Origin: an uncultured Flavobacteriales bacterium
GTDB taxonomy: Bacteria; Bacteroidota; Bacteroidia; Flavobacteriales_D; Crocinitomicaceae
Direction of reading: 5' to 3'
Assembly (NCBI GenBank): GCA_913020765.1
Contig: CAJWAO010000003.1
Span: 64-64,063 of the forward strand
Length of the DNA stretch: 64,000 bases
Made by a program: the position numbers and the translations under genes. Of the stretch, positions 1-10,096 are shown piece after piece. The first letter of the stretch is position 1. Each line of letters begins with the position of its first letter. The notes under the pieces are model-generated. The model did not search any database, was not told the DNA's origin, and saw only the letters and a program-made list of their open reading frames with translations.

Positions 1-49
1 ACCTCAAATCATACAGCTGGGTAAAACATCATTGAGGAATTTCAAGGCA

Positions 50-78
50 TAAAAAAAGCCGAGAAATGCTCGGCTTTT
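50..78. terminator. Intrinsic terminator hairpin downstream of the 97..687 gene; looks bidirectional
   Basis: 7-bp stem agccgag (57-63) / ctcggct (69-75) with a 5-nt loop. It is flanked by an A-run (51-57) and TTTT (75-78), and lies about 20 nt past the minus-strand stop. Confidence 0.55.
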
Positions 79-96
79 GAATTAATTCTCGTTGGT

Positions 97-687
97 TTAG
101 AATTTTAATGATAATCCCATTTGAAGTGGAGCTCCACCCCATGCACCCAACTCTACGTGTGCTCCTAAGTTTTCTGTAAAGAAAAAGCGTGCACCGAATG
201 CCAAACGAAAGGCAACAGGTACAAGAGCGCCATCTTGCTCAACTTCAATGAATCCTGTAGAAACTCTATTTACATATCTGTAACCAACACCTGCGCCAAT
301 ATATGCATCTACTAAGTCATTCTGAACAATATGCTTATTCATTCTCAGCATTATTCTCATTCTTTTGGTAGTTAAATCTGAATTCACAAGAGAGTCGGTA
401 TTATTAAAGTAACTATCATAATTATAACCTGTTGTTACGTAGTTACCATCTAATCCGATACCAAAGCCATCAGCAACCATATATTCTAGTCTTCCGCCAA
501 AAGCAAATGGACCGCCGTTGACTTTGTAGTTTTGCCAATCATTTCCATCGTCATTCCACAAAACATTTCCTGTAGGCCAGCCAATTCCAGCATCAATTAG
601 AATATTTCCTTTCATTACAGGAGATTGTGCAGAAGCTGAAAAGGTTGTTCCTACGATAATGGTTAGTATTAATAATAATTTTTTCAT
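97..687 (-). CDS. Outer-membrane beta-barrel protein (small porin/OmpW-like family)
   Basis: Signal peptide MKKLLLILTIIVGTTFSASA|Q. Alternating Gly/aromatic-rich beta-strand pattern with a C-terminal ...GLSLKF ending in Phe. Confidence 0.6.
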   Translation of the reverse strand: MKKLLLILTIIVGTTFSASAQSPVMKGNILIDAGIGWPTGNVLWNDDGNDWQNYKVNGGPFAFGGRLEYMVADGFGIGLDGNYVTTGYNYDSYFNNTDSLVNSDLTTKRMRIMLRMNKHIVQNDLVDAYIGAGVGYRYVNRVSTGFIEVEQDGALVPVAFRLAFGARFFFTENLGAHVELGAWGGAPLQMGLSLKF

Positions 688-995
688 CTTGATTAATTTA
701 AAGTTTGTGCAAGGTTACGTATAATATTAGTTTGAGTTACACTTTTTTGGGTTATTTAATTTTTTGACGGATTGAGAATGAGATTTTATTGTTTGAAAAC
801 GAATATTGTTTTTGTTTTCGCGGTTTATCATTTATTTAAATGAGAAGCACTAATTTTTCAATCGATTGAAGCATGGATATAAATTTTCATTTTTACATTT
901 TGGCTTATTCCTTCACAATTCATTGTTGAGTTGTTTTGTGCAACTAACCGTCATGTGCTTTTATATTCTATTATCTTTAGATAAATTATAAAGTT

Positions 996-1411
996 ATGGG
1001 AAGGTCACAAGAAACTTTTTTTAAAAAGCAGCGCGAAAAAAATCGTCAAAGAAAGAAAATGGAAAAACTTGAAAAGCGCGAAAATCGCAGGGCCTCATCA
1101 TCAGGAGGTAGTGAAATAGATTGGGATAGTGCACCTGTAAATACGACTATGACCCAAGAAGAAATGGCGCAAAAAGCACAAAATAAACAAGAGACTACAG
1201 ATTAAACAACAAAGCATACAAGCTCAATAAAAAAGAAGTCGAAAATCTTTTTAACAATTAATTAGATTTTTACGTTGACGAAGGATCAAAAGTAGGTGTA
1301 TTCGTCCACAAAATTGAATTGGTAGACTATATTCAAGAAGAGGATACAGTTCACCTTGAGTTAGAACAGGGAAATTGAGGACTTAATGCTGTTAACGTAA
1401 CGAAGGTCTAA
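996..1411 (+). pseudogene. Disrupted cold-shock-domain protein gene. The N-terminal basic part (MGRSQETF...) is intact; the CSD part is frameshifted and carries two in-frame stops.
   Basis: ORF 996-1205 encodes the Lys/Arg-rich N-terminus typical of long Bacteroidota CSD proteins. The frame starting at 1205 reads NNKAYKLNKKEVENLFNN*LDFYVDEGSKVGVFVHKIELVDYIQEEDTVHLELEQGN*GLNAVNVTKV*, with TAA at 1259-1261 and TGA at 1376-1378. The CSD hallmarks FVH and G.NA.NV are retained, but the RNP1 motif KGFGFI is degraded. Confidence 0.6.
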
Positions 1412-1457
1412 TTTTTGTCACCATAGATTTTATACAAAGAGGCTTGAAGCTTCTTTT

Positions 1458-2837
1458 TTATGTTAAGAACCTTTTGAGCCACTTGAACCCTTTAAAAGGA
1501 ACATATTTAAATGGTAAATCAATCCATGTGGGAGTTGATGCAACAGCTTTCTTGTGAGTGAAGCATAGAAAGCTATCGTAGCCATGATAGGCGCCATGTC
1601 CGCTCTGACCTACTCCTCCAAAAGGAAGATTAGGATTGGCAATATGCATCATTGCATCATTAATACACGCGCCTCCAGAACTTGTTTTGTTTAGTATACT
1701 TTTGGCCTCATTTGAACTTCCGAAGTAATATAAGGCTAGCGGCTTCTCAAACTCCTGAATAATATCAATAGCCTCCTCTATCGACTCTATACCTATAACG
1801 GGTAGGATTGGTCCAAAAATCTCCTCTTTCATAACAGCATCGTCCATGGATACTCTATCCAGAATCGTGGGAGCAATCTGTAAGGTTTCGTCATTTTTAT
1901 CGCCGCCATATTTTATTTTTTCTGAATCAATGAGGCCCAAAAGTCGATTGTAATGCCCCTGGTGTATAATTCTAGGGTACATTTCACTACCTAATACATC
2001 CCCACCATACATTTTGGTCCATTCTTCATTAATATGGAACATAAGCTTTTCCTTCAAATCATTTGCAACCAATACATAGTCTGGGGCAATGCAAGTTTGA
2101 CCAGAGTTTATCGTTTTTGACCAAGCGATTCTTTTAGCTGCGACTTTCAAGTCAGCGCTTTTATCAACGATGCAGGGAGACTTTCCTCCAAGCTCTAGGG
2201 TAACTGGTGTCAAAAATTCAGCCGCTGCACGCATAACAATTTTTCCAAGCTCACTTCCACCGGTAAAAAAGATGTGATCAAAACGTTTTTTAAATAAGAT
2301 TTGATTTTCTTTTTTTTCTCCATGAACGATTGAGATGTGTCCCTCCTCAAAGGTTTCCCGTATTATTTTTTCCATAATCTCCGCTGTATGCTTACTATCT
2401 GGAGATGGCTTAAGCACTGCACAGCACCCTGAGGATAATACTCCAATCAAAGGTGAGAATAAGAGTAAAAAAGGATAATTCCACGGCGCAATGACTAAAC
2501 TAACACCAAGTGGTTCGTAATAAATGCGACTTCTAGATGGTCTCAATATCAAGGGTGTTGTAATTTTTCTGGGAGCGCTCCATTTGTAAAGGTTTTTCAT
2601 GTGTAGCTTTATTTCGTTCACAACAAAGCTGAACTCGGTTAAAAAGGCTTCCTCCGAGGACTTTTTTAGGTCTTTATGAAGCGCCGTTAGAATTTCCTTT
2701 TCGTATTTTAAACATGCTTTTAATAGTTTTTGAAGGGCGTTTTTTCTAAAAGAAATTGATTTTGTTTGGTTACTGGCAAAAAAACTTTTTTGCTTTGAAA
2801 GTAACAAATCAATAGAAGAATCGGTGAGAAAATTCAT
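1458..2837 (-). CDS. Aldehyde dehydrogenase family protein (class-3-like, NAD(P)+)
   Basis: 459 aa. ALDH motifs LELGGKSP and SGQTCIAPDY (catalytic Cys), EEIFGPILP, and PFGGVGQSG near the C-terminus. Confidence 0.85.
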   Translation of the reverse strand: MNFLTDSSIDLLLSKQKSFFASNQTKSISFRKNALQKLLKACLKYEKEILTALHKDLKKSSEEAFLTEFSFVVNEIKLHMKNLYKWSAPRKITTPLILRPSRSRIYYEPLGVSLVIAPWNYPFLLLFSPLIGVLSSGCCAVLKPSPDSKHTAEIMEKIIRETFEEGHISIVHGEKKENQILFKKRFDHIFFTGGSELGKIVMRAAAEFLTPVTLELGGKSPCIVDKSADLKVAAKRIAWSKTINSGQTCIAPDYVLVANDLKEKLMFHINEEWTKMYGGDVLGSEMYPRIIHQGHYNRLLGLIDSEKIKYGGDKNDETLQIAPTILDRVSMDDAVMKEEIFGPILPVIGIESIEEAIDIIQEFEKPLALYYFGSSNEAKSILNKTSSGGACINDAMMHIANPNLPFGGVGQSGHGAYHGYDSFLCFTHKKAVASTPTWIDLPFKYVPFKGFKWLKRFLT

Positions 2838-2860
2838 ACCTCAAATGTAAGAAAAGGTTT

Positions 2861-3313
2861 TTATTGCTTGTCTTTCGAATCTATGAGTATGGTTACTGGG
2901 CCATCGTTGACCAAATTTATTTTCATATTGGCACCAAATTCACCAGTTTGAATTGGCTTTTGGAGTAGGTTCTCTAATTCAGTACAAAAGCCATTATAAA
3001 TTGGAATGGCGTATTCTGGTGAGGCTGCCTTTATAAAGCTAGGGCGATTGCCTTTTTTTGTTTTGGCATGAAGTGTAAACTGGCTAACAACAAGTATTTC
3101 TCCCTCCGTCTCTCTCAGGTTGAGATTCATTTTACCATCAAGATCTGAAAAGATACGAAGGTTACAGACTTTACTGGCGACGTACTCAATGTCATTGCTC
3201 GAATCTGAATCTTCTATTCCGATAAAAATAAGTAGTCCTTGTTTTATTTTGGCATGTATCTTTCCATCAATGCTCACTTGGGCCTCTATAACTCTTTGAA
3301 TTACTGCCCTCAT
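2861..3313 (-). CDS. dtd: D-aminoacyl-tRNA (D-Tyr-tRNA) deacylase
   Basis: 150 aa. MRAVIQRV N-terminus, SQFTL motif, and GPVT near the C-terminus. Its ATG overlaps the rsgA stop as ATGA. Confidence 0.9.
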   Translation of the reverse strand: MRAVIQRVIEAQVSIDGKIHAKIKQGLLIFIGIEDSDSSNDIEYVASKVCNLRIFSDLDGKMNLNLRETEGEILVVSQFTLHAKTKKGNRPSFIKAASPEYAIPIYNGFCTELENLLQKPIQTGEFGANMKINLVNDGPVTILIDSKDKQ

Positions 3314-4257
3314 TTAAAATCATTTCGTCGATAATTGTCTCCCGTATCCTCCGACATCAGCTGCATATAGGTCATGTATCTCGAAGAGGCAATTTCCTCA
3401 TTGTCCACGGCAGCTTTGATTGCACATTTTGGTTCCTCCAAATGCATGCAATTATGGAATTTACACTGTCCAAGTAGGGCCCGCATTTCTGGAAAGTAAT
3501 GTGCGAAGTGTTCTTTTTCCAAGTCAACAAGGCCAAAGGCCCGTATTCCAGGCGTATCAATTATGAATCCTCCACTTTCAAGTGCATGCATCTCGGAAAA
3601 GGTTGTTGTATGTTTACCCTGCGCATGTGCTTGTGATATTTCACCTACTCTCAGCGATAAACTTGCATCTAACGAATTAACAAGTGTGGTTTTCCCAACA
3701 CCACTATTTCCGGAGATCATTACTTTTTTATCTTTTATCTCTTCTTTCAAGAACGCGATACTAGATTTTTTTTCTGCAACAATGGATTTACAAGGATAAC
3801 CCAAGGGTTCATATACCTCAGTTAGGTATTCCATGAGTGCAAGGTCATCGTCACTGTATAAATCTATTTTGTTAAATAAAATTGTCGTTGGTATACGAAA
3901 AGACTCTGCTGCAACTAAGAAGCGGTCTATAAACGCGATCTGTGTTTCAGGTGATTTAAGTGTGACCACGAGATATACCCGGTCAACATTTGCTGCAATA
4001 ATCTGCATTTGCTTGCTAAGATTCGTAGATTTCCGAACTAAATAATTTTTTCGTTTCTCTATGCCTCGTATGGTATATATTATTTCTCCCGATGCATCCA
4101 TGGTTTTTATGTCAACAACATCACCTGCAGCAATCGGGTTGGTTGTTTTTAATCCCTCAAGCCTAAGCTTTCCCTTTATTGTTGCTTGAATTGTTTGGCC
4201 GTCTTCAAGAAGCACTTTGTACCATTTACCTGTTGACTTAATTACTTCTCCGTGCAT
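3310..4257 (-). CDS. rsgA: Ribosome small-subunit-dependent GTPase A
   Basis: Circularly permuted GTPase: NKIDL (G4) comes before GNSGVGKTTLVN (G1) and DTPG (G3). C-terminal zinc-finger-like C..FHNC.H..EP.C. Start set at the internal Met (MHGEVIKSTGKWY), ATG at 4257, because the ORF-track N-terminal extension looks non-coding. Confidence 0.85.
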   Translation of the reverse strand: MHGEVIKSTGKWYKVLLEDGQTIQATIKGKLRLEGLKTTNPIAAGDVVDIKTMDASGEIIYTIRGIEKRKNYLVRKSTNLSKQMQIIAANVDRVYLVVTLKSPETQIAFIDRFLVAAESFRIPTTILFNKIDLYSDDDLALMEYLTEVYEPLGYPCKSIVAEKKSSIAFLKEEIKDKKVMISGNSGVGKTTLVNSLDASLSLRVGEISQAHAQGKHTTTFSEMHALESGGFIIDTPGIRAFGLVDLEKEHFAHYFPEMRALLGQCKFHNCMHLEEPKCAIKAAVDNEEIASSRYMTYMQLMSEDTGDNYRRNDFK

Positions 4258-4323
4258 ATTACAAAGGTAAGTGACTTGAGAAGTAAAGAAAAGAAAACGA
4301 TTGAAATAGTTGTATTTTTGCAT

Positions 4324-5067
4324 GTGTCATTAAACAAATACGGCCTTCTTGGTAAGAACTTAGCGCATTCGTTTTCGAAAGACTTTTTTACTCAATTGTT
4401 TCAAGACAAGTCTTTAGCTGCGACATATGACCTAATCGAACTCGATTCTAGTAAAAGTTTGACTACTTTTTTTAAAGAGAAAATAAATACATATCGCGGT
4501 TTAAATGTAACTGTGCCATACAAGGAGCGGGTTATGCCATTACTAGATGATATTGATAATGAGGCATTAGTAATTGGCGCAGTCAACACCATTAAAGTGA
4601 ACGAGTCCGGAAGAATAATGGGTTACAATACCGATGCTTTCGGCTTTCATCAGAGTATCAAGCCTTTTTTGACATTCCATCACCACCGTGCCTTAATTTT
4701 AGGAACGGGAGGAGCTGCAAAGGCAGTGGCATATGTATTAGAAAAAATAGGTTTAGAGGTCTTTTATATTTCTAGAAATCCAAAGGGAGCTAAAACCTTT
4801 GGATATACAGAGATCAATAAAAATATGATTGATTCTTGTAAGCTAATTGTGAATTGTACGCCTGTAGGCATGTATCCTCACATCAGTAAGACTGTTAATT
4901 TCCCCCATCACTATTTAACAAATCACCATTTGGTAATTGACTTGATTTACAACCCTGAAGAGACCCTTTTTTTGCAAAGAGCCTCGGAGCAGGGAAGTAT
5001 CGTTTTAAATGGGAGGAGCATGCTTGATCAACAAGCTTTGAAAAGCTGGGAACTATGGTCTATGTAA
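4324..5067 (+). CDS. aroE: Shikimate dehydrogenase
   Basis: Motifs YGLLGKNLAHSFS, NVTVPYK, GAVNT, GYNTD and GTGGAAKAV. The track ATG at 4252 would overlap the divergent rsgA start. There is no nearer in-frame ATG, so GTG 4324 (or TTG 4318) is the likely start. Confidence 0.75.
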   Translation: MSLNKYGLLGKNLAHSFSKDFFTQLFQDKSLAATYDLIELDSSKSLTTFFKEKINTYRGLNVTVPYKERVMPLLDDIDNEALVIGAVNTIKVNESGRIMGYNTDAFGFHQSIKPFLTFHHHRALILGTGGAAKAVAYVLEKIGLEVFYISRNPKGAKTFGYTEINKNMIDSCKLIVNCTPVGMYPHISKTVNFPHHYLTNHHLVIDLIYNPEETLFLQRASEQGSIVLNGRSMLDQQALKSWELWSM

Positions 5068-5071
5068 TATC

Positions 5072-6469
5072 CTAGATATGAAGAGGTCTATTTTCAGTAG
5101 CAGATAAAGCAGCTTCCTTAATAGCCTCGGTATATGTCGGATGCGGGTGACAAATTCTCGCAAGGTCTTCGGCAGATGCTCTGTATTCCATTGCGGTTAC
5201 AGCCTCCATAATTAGGTCAGCAGCCCTGGGTGCAATCATGTGAACACCAAGGATTTCGTCTGTAGTTTTGTCCGCTAAAATTTTGATCATCCCATTGATG
5301 TCCATACTTGCTCGGGCTCTACCTAGAGCTCTTATTGGGAATGAACCAGATTTGAATTCAACATTATCTTCAATAAGTTCTTGCTCTGTTTTACCCACTG
5401 CAGCAATTTCAGGCCATGTATATACAACACCAGGAATTAAATTATGATTGATATGGGGCTTTTGTCCTGAAATAAATTCCGCTACATAGACTCCTTCTTC
5501 TTCAGCTTTGTGAGCGAGCATTGCACCACGTACCACATCGCCAATTGCATATATATTTGGTACGTTGGTTTGAAGATTTTCATTTACAATAATTTGCCCT
5601 CTATCATTCGCATCAACTCCGGCTCCTTTCAGGTTAAGCCCTTCAGTGAACGGTTTTCTTCCAACGGCGACTAAACAATAATCCCCTTCGATTTCAACCT
5701 CTACTCCTTTCTTATTTAATGCCTTAACGAGTACTTTTTTACCATTATTTTTGACAGATTGAACCCGATGTTCCATGTGGAATTTAAATCCATCTTTTTT
5801 AAGAATTTTCGCAAAATCTTTCCCTATGCTGATATCCATTGTTGGTAAAATTTGTTTTGCAAATTCGATTACCTCCACTTGACTACCAAGTCTTTTATAT
5901 ACGGAACCAAGTTCCAATCCAATAACACCGGCTCCAATAACCAAAAGCTTTCCGGGTATCTCTTTCATTTTCAGTGCCTCAGTGCTCGTGATGATTCTTT
6001 TTTTATCCGGTTCCATTCCCGGAAAATAATTTGGTTTCGATCCGGTTGCAATGATGATATTTTTTCCTTCAATTTTAGTTTTCTTTTTTTCATCAGATAG
6101 TACCTCGATGGTGTTACTATCCAGGAAAGTTCCAATACCATGTATCACATCGATTTTATTTTTATCCATTAGGAATTTAACTCCATCACAGGTTTGACTA
6201 ATGACTTCATCCTTACGCTCCATCATCTGTTTGAGATTTACTTTCGGATTTTCGACTTCAATGCCATGCTTTTCAAAAGTATGCGTAGCATTGTGAAAGT
6301 GCTCAGATGAATCTAGCAATGCTTTCGATGGAATGCATCCAACATTTAAGCAAGTTCCCCCAAGCGTAGCATATTTCTCAATGAGTGCAGTTTTCATTCC
6401 AAGCTGAGCGCTTCTAATTGCTGCTACATAGCCTCCAGGTCCAGATCCAATAACAATGACGTCGTACAT
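5072..6469 (-). CDS. lpdA: Dihydrolipoyl dehydrogenase (E3 component)
   Basis: 465 aa. FAD motif GSGPGGY, redox-active disulfide GGTCLNVGCIPSK, NAD motif GAGVIGLE, and C-terminal HPHPT.E. Confidence 0.9.
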   Translation of the reverse strand: MYDVIVIGSGPGGYVAAIRSAQLGMKTALIEKYATLGGTCLNVGCIPSKALLDSSEHFHNATHTFEKHGIEVENPKVNLKQMMERKDEVISQTCDGVKFLMDKNKIDVIHGIGTFLDSNTIEVLSDEKKKTKIEGKNIIIATGSKPNYFPGMEPDKKRIITSTEALKMKEIPGKLLVIGAGVIGLELGSVYKRLGSQVEVIEFAKQILPTMDISIGKDFAKILKKDGFKFHMEHRVQSVKNNGKKVLVKALNKKGVEVEIEGDYCLVAVGRKPFTEGLNLKGAGVDANDRGQIIVNENLQTNVPNIYAIGDVVRGAMLAHKAEEEGVYVAEFISGQKPHINHNLIPGVVYTWPEIAAVGKTEQELIEDNVEFKSGSFPIRALGRARASMDINGMIKILADKTTDEILGVHMIAPRAADLIMEAVTAMEYRASAEDLARICHPHPTYTEAIKEAALSATENRPLHI

Positions 6470-6605
6470 AGTTTCAAATTTTACGTAAAGGTAAGAAACA
6501 TCAACTATTATTTTTGCATGTATCTACTATGTTTTATACTTAATAATGGGTGATTTAACATCAGCATATTAGATTCCTTGAATGGACTTCTCTACTTTTG
6601 TCACA

Positions 6606-7406
6606 ATGAAAACGATTTTAATATTTGGAGCGGGCTGGTTGGGGAATGCCGTTGTTGAGGAATTGGCCTCATTACAACATAAAATTATTGTTGCTTCTCG
6701 CAGAACAATATCTCAAAAAACCCATCCGAACATTGAATACTGTAAAATATTTTTTAATGCCCAATCTGGAGCTGTAGAATTTGAGGTTCCAATACCTCAA
6801 AAAGTTAACGATATTATCGTCATGCTTCCACCAACGCAGATGATAGACTATGCGCATACGATAGATTCCATATGTAGACAATTTCCTTCAGTGGAAAATT
6901 TTATTTTCACAAGTTCTACGGGGGTGTATGACAATCATTCTGGCACTGTGAATGAAGACGGTAAATTGAATAAAGTTCATCCTGTCTTGCTTGCCGAACA
7001 AAAAATCCAGATTACTTTTCCAAACAATGCCTCCATACTTAGACTCGCAGGGCTAATTGGAAATGATCGCCACCCTGTTCGTTATTTCCTAAATAAGAAA
7101 ATCAATTCAAACGGTAATGCGCCAGTTAATTTGGTTCACAGAAAGGACATCTTAAGGGCCCTAAATCTCTTGCTTGAAAATCCGCGTCCAGGTATTTACA
7201 ATTTATGCTATCCAGCTCATCCTACTAGGAGTGATTATTATGGCGAAATTGCCCGTAAAATTTTTCGAACCGAGCTAGCATTTGAGGACTGCGGAGAGGG
7301 TAAAGTGATAAATGGCTCAAAATTTGCAAATACTTTTCATTATGAATATAAGTATGATATTCGTGATATTGAGCACCTTCAGGGGGTCGGTCTAGACAAC
7401 AAATAA
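6606..7406 (+). CDS. NAD(P)-binding Rossmann-fold protein (atypical SDR / epimerase-like)
   Basis: MKTILIFGAGWLGNAV glycine-rich loop at the internal Met (6606). The rest resembles NAD-dependent epimerase/dehydratase-family proteins. Specific function unknown. Confidence 0.6.
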   Translation: MKTILIFGAGWLGNAVVEELASLQHKIIVASRRTISQKTHPNIEYCKIFFNAQSGAVEFEVPIPQKVNDIIVMLPPTQMIDYAHTIDSICRQFPSVENFIFTSSTGVYDNHSGTVNEDGKLNKVHPVLLAEQKIQITFPNNASILRLAGLIGNDRHPVRYFLNKKINSNGNAPVNLVHRKDILRALNLLLENPRPGIYNLCYPAHPTRSDYYGEIARKIFRTELAFEDCGEGKVINGSKFANTFHYEYKYDIRDIEHLQGVGLDNK

Positions 7407-7429
7407 TTTTTTTTAACGTCATACTAGTA

Positions 7430-10096
7430 ATGCGGTACATTGTCTATTTCTTATTTTTCACTTATTCGCTCTGTGCAAATGCCTCACACATTATAGGAGG
7501 TGACATCTATTATGATTATTTAGGCAATAACAATTACAAATTTGTACTTACCCTGCACCGTGATTGTGCCTCAGATGGAGCAGAGTTCGACAACCCCTTG
7601 ATGCTGTCTGTCTATGTTGCAAATGGTAATCCCTATCAGACCATTCAAGTTCCATTTACAGGTAGTGTTTTTATTCCACTGGACTTTGACAATCCTTGCG
7701 CAACTGCGCCGAGTGGAATATGTGTAGAGCGTGCGATTTATGAAACTGTGTTAAACCTACCTCCGATTCAAGGTGGATATGATGTTAGTTACCAGCGATG
7801 TTGTAGAGGGCCTGAAATCGTGAATATCATTAATCCTGATGATACTGGGCTCACTTTAACAACACATGTTCCAGGAATTGAAACAGGTTTCACGGATAAT
7901 AGTAGTCCCCGATTTACCAACTATCCTCCCTTTTTACTTTGTAATAATGAACAAATCGTTTTTGACCATGTTGCGACTGACCCTGATGGAGATCAACTAG
8001 TCTACTCAATGGCGACTCCATTCTCAGGAGGGAGCTCTTTTGACCCTGCACCGATTGCCCCGGCTCCTCCTTATTTTCCAATTCAATGGAGTGGTGGGTT
8101 TGCCGAACAAAATCCTTTGGGACCTGGGTCTTCAACTCAAATCGATGCTAACGGCCTATTACTTGTGAATCCGAATCTAATGGGTTTGTTTGTGGTAGGC
8201 GTTCGTGTTCAAGAATTTAGGAACGGGATGCTCATTGGTGAGACGATTCGAGATTTTCTCTTTAAGGTAATGGATTGTAATATAACCATGCAGGCAATAC
8301 TTCCATTGCAGGAGGAACTTTCGACCTTTGTCTCTTACTGTCAGGGATTGACAGTGCAGTTTGAAAACAACTCTTACGGAGGGTCTTCTTACGCTTGGGA
8401 TTTTGGTGTTTTAGAGCAATCTAATGATGTGAGTACAGCATTTCAACCAACATATACGTACCCTGGTCCAGGAGATTATTTGGCAACTTTGATCGTGAAT
8501 CCGGGAATGACATGTACCGATACAGCATACATGTCTATTACCGTAGGAAACCCGTTTTCAGTGGGATGGACCACGGAGGATTCAATTTGTATAACAGGTA
8601 ATGCCTTTGATTTTAATTTACTTTCAAGCAATGAAAATGCGAGCTTTGAATGGTCTTTTGGATCAGATGCAAGTATTGAAAATTGGACAGGTACGAATGT
8701 GCCCATAGTGAGCTTTTCGAACCCTGGATTTCATACGATTTCTTTGTCTGGAAATGATGGCGATTGCACTACAACTTTCGAGGATTCGATCTATATTTTT
8801 GATGAACCAGCCGTAAGTATTGATTTACCTGATGAACTTACCTGTTTAGGTTTAACAATTGACTTTCAAAGTACACTTTTGAATGTGACAAGCATTCAAT
8901 GGGACTTTGGAGATGAATCTACTATTGATGACCAAAGTAACTTGAACAACCCAAGTTACTCTTTTCCGGGCCCCGGTACCTACACGGTTCAGCTGACTGG
9001 CGCAAATTCACCGAATTGTTTAGATACGGCAGAGGTAGTTATAGAGGTAGAGGAAGAGTTATTGATGGATATGGAGCACAGTGATTCGCTTTGTATCACA
9101 GATGGATTTTATGATTTCCAAGCAACGGTTAGTGGTCCTGAGGATGCATCTTTTGTTTGGGATTTCGGTCCCAACGCCTCGCTTCAGAACTCTAGCGAGC
9201 TTTCTGTGTCAGGGATTCAATTTTCAAGTCCAGGATTTCACTCGATAACTCTTACAGGGACTCATGATATCTGTGTTGACTCTATTGAATCCTTGCTTTA
9301 TGTTTTTTCCGAACCGTCCATTGATTTTGGAGTTGTAGACGGAGTCTTGTGCGCTCCTGAAGTGGCTCAATTTATTAATTTGAGTCAGGCGGAAGGAGAG
9401 GTGATTTATACCTGGGAATTTGGTGATGGAGGCACCTCAAACCAGACTAGCCCTGCATACCCTTACAGTGCGATTGGTGATTACAGTGTTGGTTTGACTT
9501 TAATTTCTTTGGAGGGTTGCATAGATACACTCTATCTTCTACAACAAGACTTAGTCAATGTCTACCCTTCTCCAACAGCTGGATTTACTGTAAATCCAAA
9601 TCGGATTGACGTGTGTGACAATGAGGTTCTATTTATTAACCAATCTATTGGCGCAAGTTCTTATGCTTACTATTTTGATCAAGGACAATACATGACAAAT
9701 GAATCAGATTTCACCCATTATTATACGCAATCTGGTTCCGATTACCCTCTGCAAATAGCGTACAATGAATTCGGATGTGCTGACTCAATTCGTGCCGAGG
9801 TATTTGTAGAGCCATTTACCATATACATACCAAATACCTTCATTCCTGATGAAGACGGACTGAATGACGTTTTTACACCCATTACTGATTTTGAAATTCA
9901 TGAATGGGATTTAAGTATTTATAGTCAATGGGGTGAGCTTATTTACTACAGTCAAGAATATGCAAATGCTTGGGACGGCACATTCAAAGGTAAGCGCTGT
10001 CAAGATGGAACATATATTTACGTGTTGAAATATAAATCTTGTGCGAATCCTATTGAATCGAAATTGATAAAAGGTTTTGTTAACTTGATACGTTAA
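7430..10096 (+). CDS. Large secreted protein with PKD-like repeats and a T9SS type B (gliding-motility-associated, CHU_C-like) C-terminal domain
   Basis: Signal peptide present. Repeated W(D/E)FGD...Y..(P)G.Y modules (PKD-like). C-terminus [18 protein letters not shown]...W.LSIY..WGELIY......WDG.........[10 protein letters not shown]...G.VNLIR. Confidence 0.8.
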   Translation: MRYIVYFLFFTYSLCANASHIIGGDIYYDYLGNNNYKFVLTLHRDCASDGAEFDNPLMLSVYVANGNPYQTIQVPFTGSVFIPLDFDNPCATAPSGICVERAIYETVLNLPPIQGGYDVSYQRCCRGPEIVNIINPDDTGLTLTTHVPGIETGFTDNSSPRFTNYPPFLLCNNEQIVFDHVATDPDGDQLVYSMATPFSGGSSFDPAPIAPAPPYFPIQWSGGFAEQNPLGPGSSTQIDANGLLLVNPNLMGLFVVGVRVQEFRNGMLIGETIRDFLFKVMDCNITMQAILPLQEELSTFVSYCQGLTVQFENNSYGGSSYAWDFGVLEQSNDVSTAFQPTYTYPGPGDYLATLIVNPGMTCTDTAYMSITVGNPFSVGWTTEDSICITGNAFDFNLLSSNENASFEWSFGSDASIENWTGTNVPIVSFSNPGFHTISLSGNDGDCTTTFEDSIYIFDEPAVSIDLPDELTCLGLTIDFQSTLLNVTSIQWDFGDESTIDDQSNLNNPSYSFPGPGTYTVQLTGANSPNCLDTAEVVIEVEEELLMDMEHSDSLCITDGFYDFQATVSGPEDASFVWDFGPNASLQNSSELSVSGIQFSSPGFHSITLTGTHDICVDSIESLLYVFSEPSIDFGVVDGVLCAPEVAQFINLSQAEGEVIYTWEFGDGGTSNQTSPAYPYSAIGDYSVGLTLISLEGCIDTLYLLQQDLVNVYPSPTAGFTVNPNRIDVCDNEVLFINQSIGASSYAYYFDQGQYMTNESDFTHYYTQSGSDYPLQIAYNEFGCADSIRAEVFVEPFTIYIPNTFIPDEDGLNDVFTPITDFEIHEWDLSIYSQWGELIYYSQEYANAWDGTFKGKRCQDGTYIYVLKYKSCANPIESKLIKGFVNLIR

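Noticed and set aside
4252-4323. ORF-track N-terminal extensions that make divergent or adjacent genes overlap: aroE 4252, rsgA 4323, rmlD-like 26429, lectin gene 39652, hydrolase 41261, purM 42903, htpG 47278, esterase 53910
   Set aside because: In each case a conserved N-terminus or a signal peptide begins at an internal start codon, and the extension has no coding character. They are treated as over-extended ORFs, not real overlaps.
6547-6575. dif-like sequence (ATTTAACATCAGCATATTAGATTCC) resembling the XerD arm of E. coli dif
   Set aside because: Only the ATTTAACAT half matches. The spacer and the XerC-arm half do not. It is not located at a strand-bias switch, so it is likely a chance match in AT-rich DNA.
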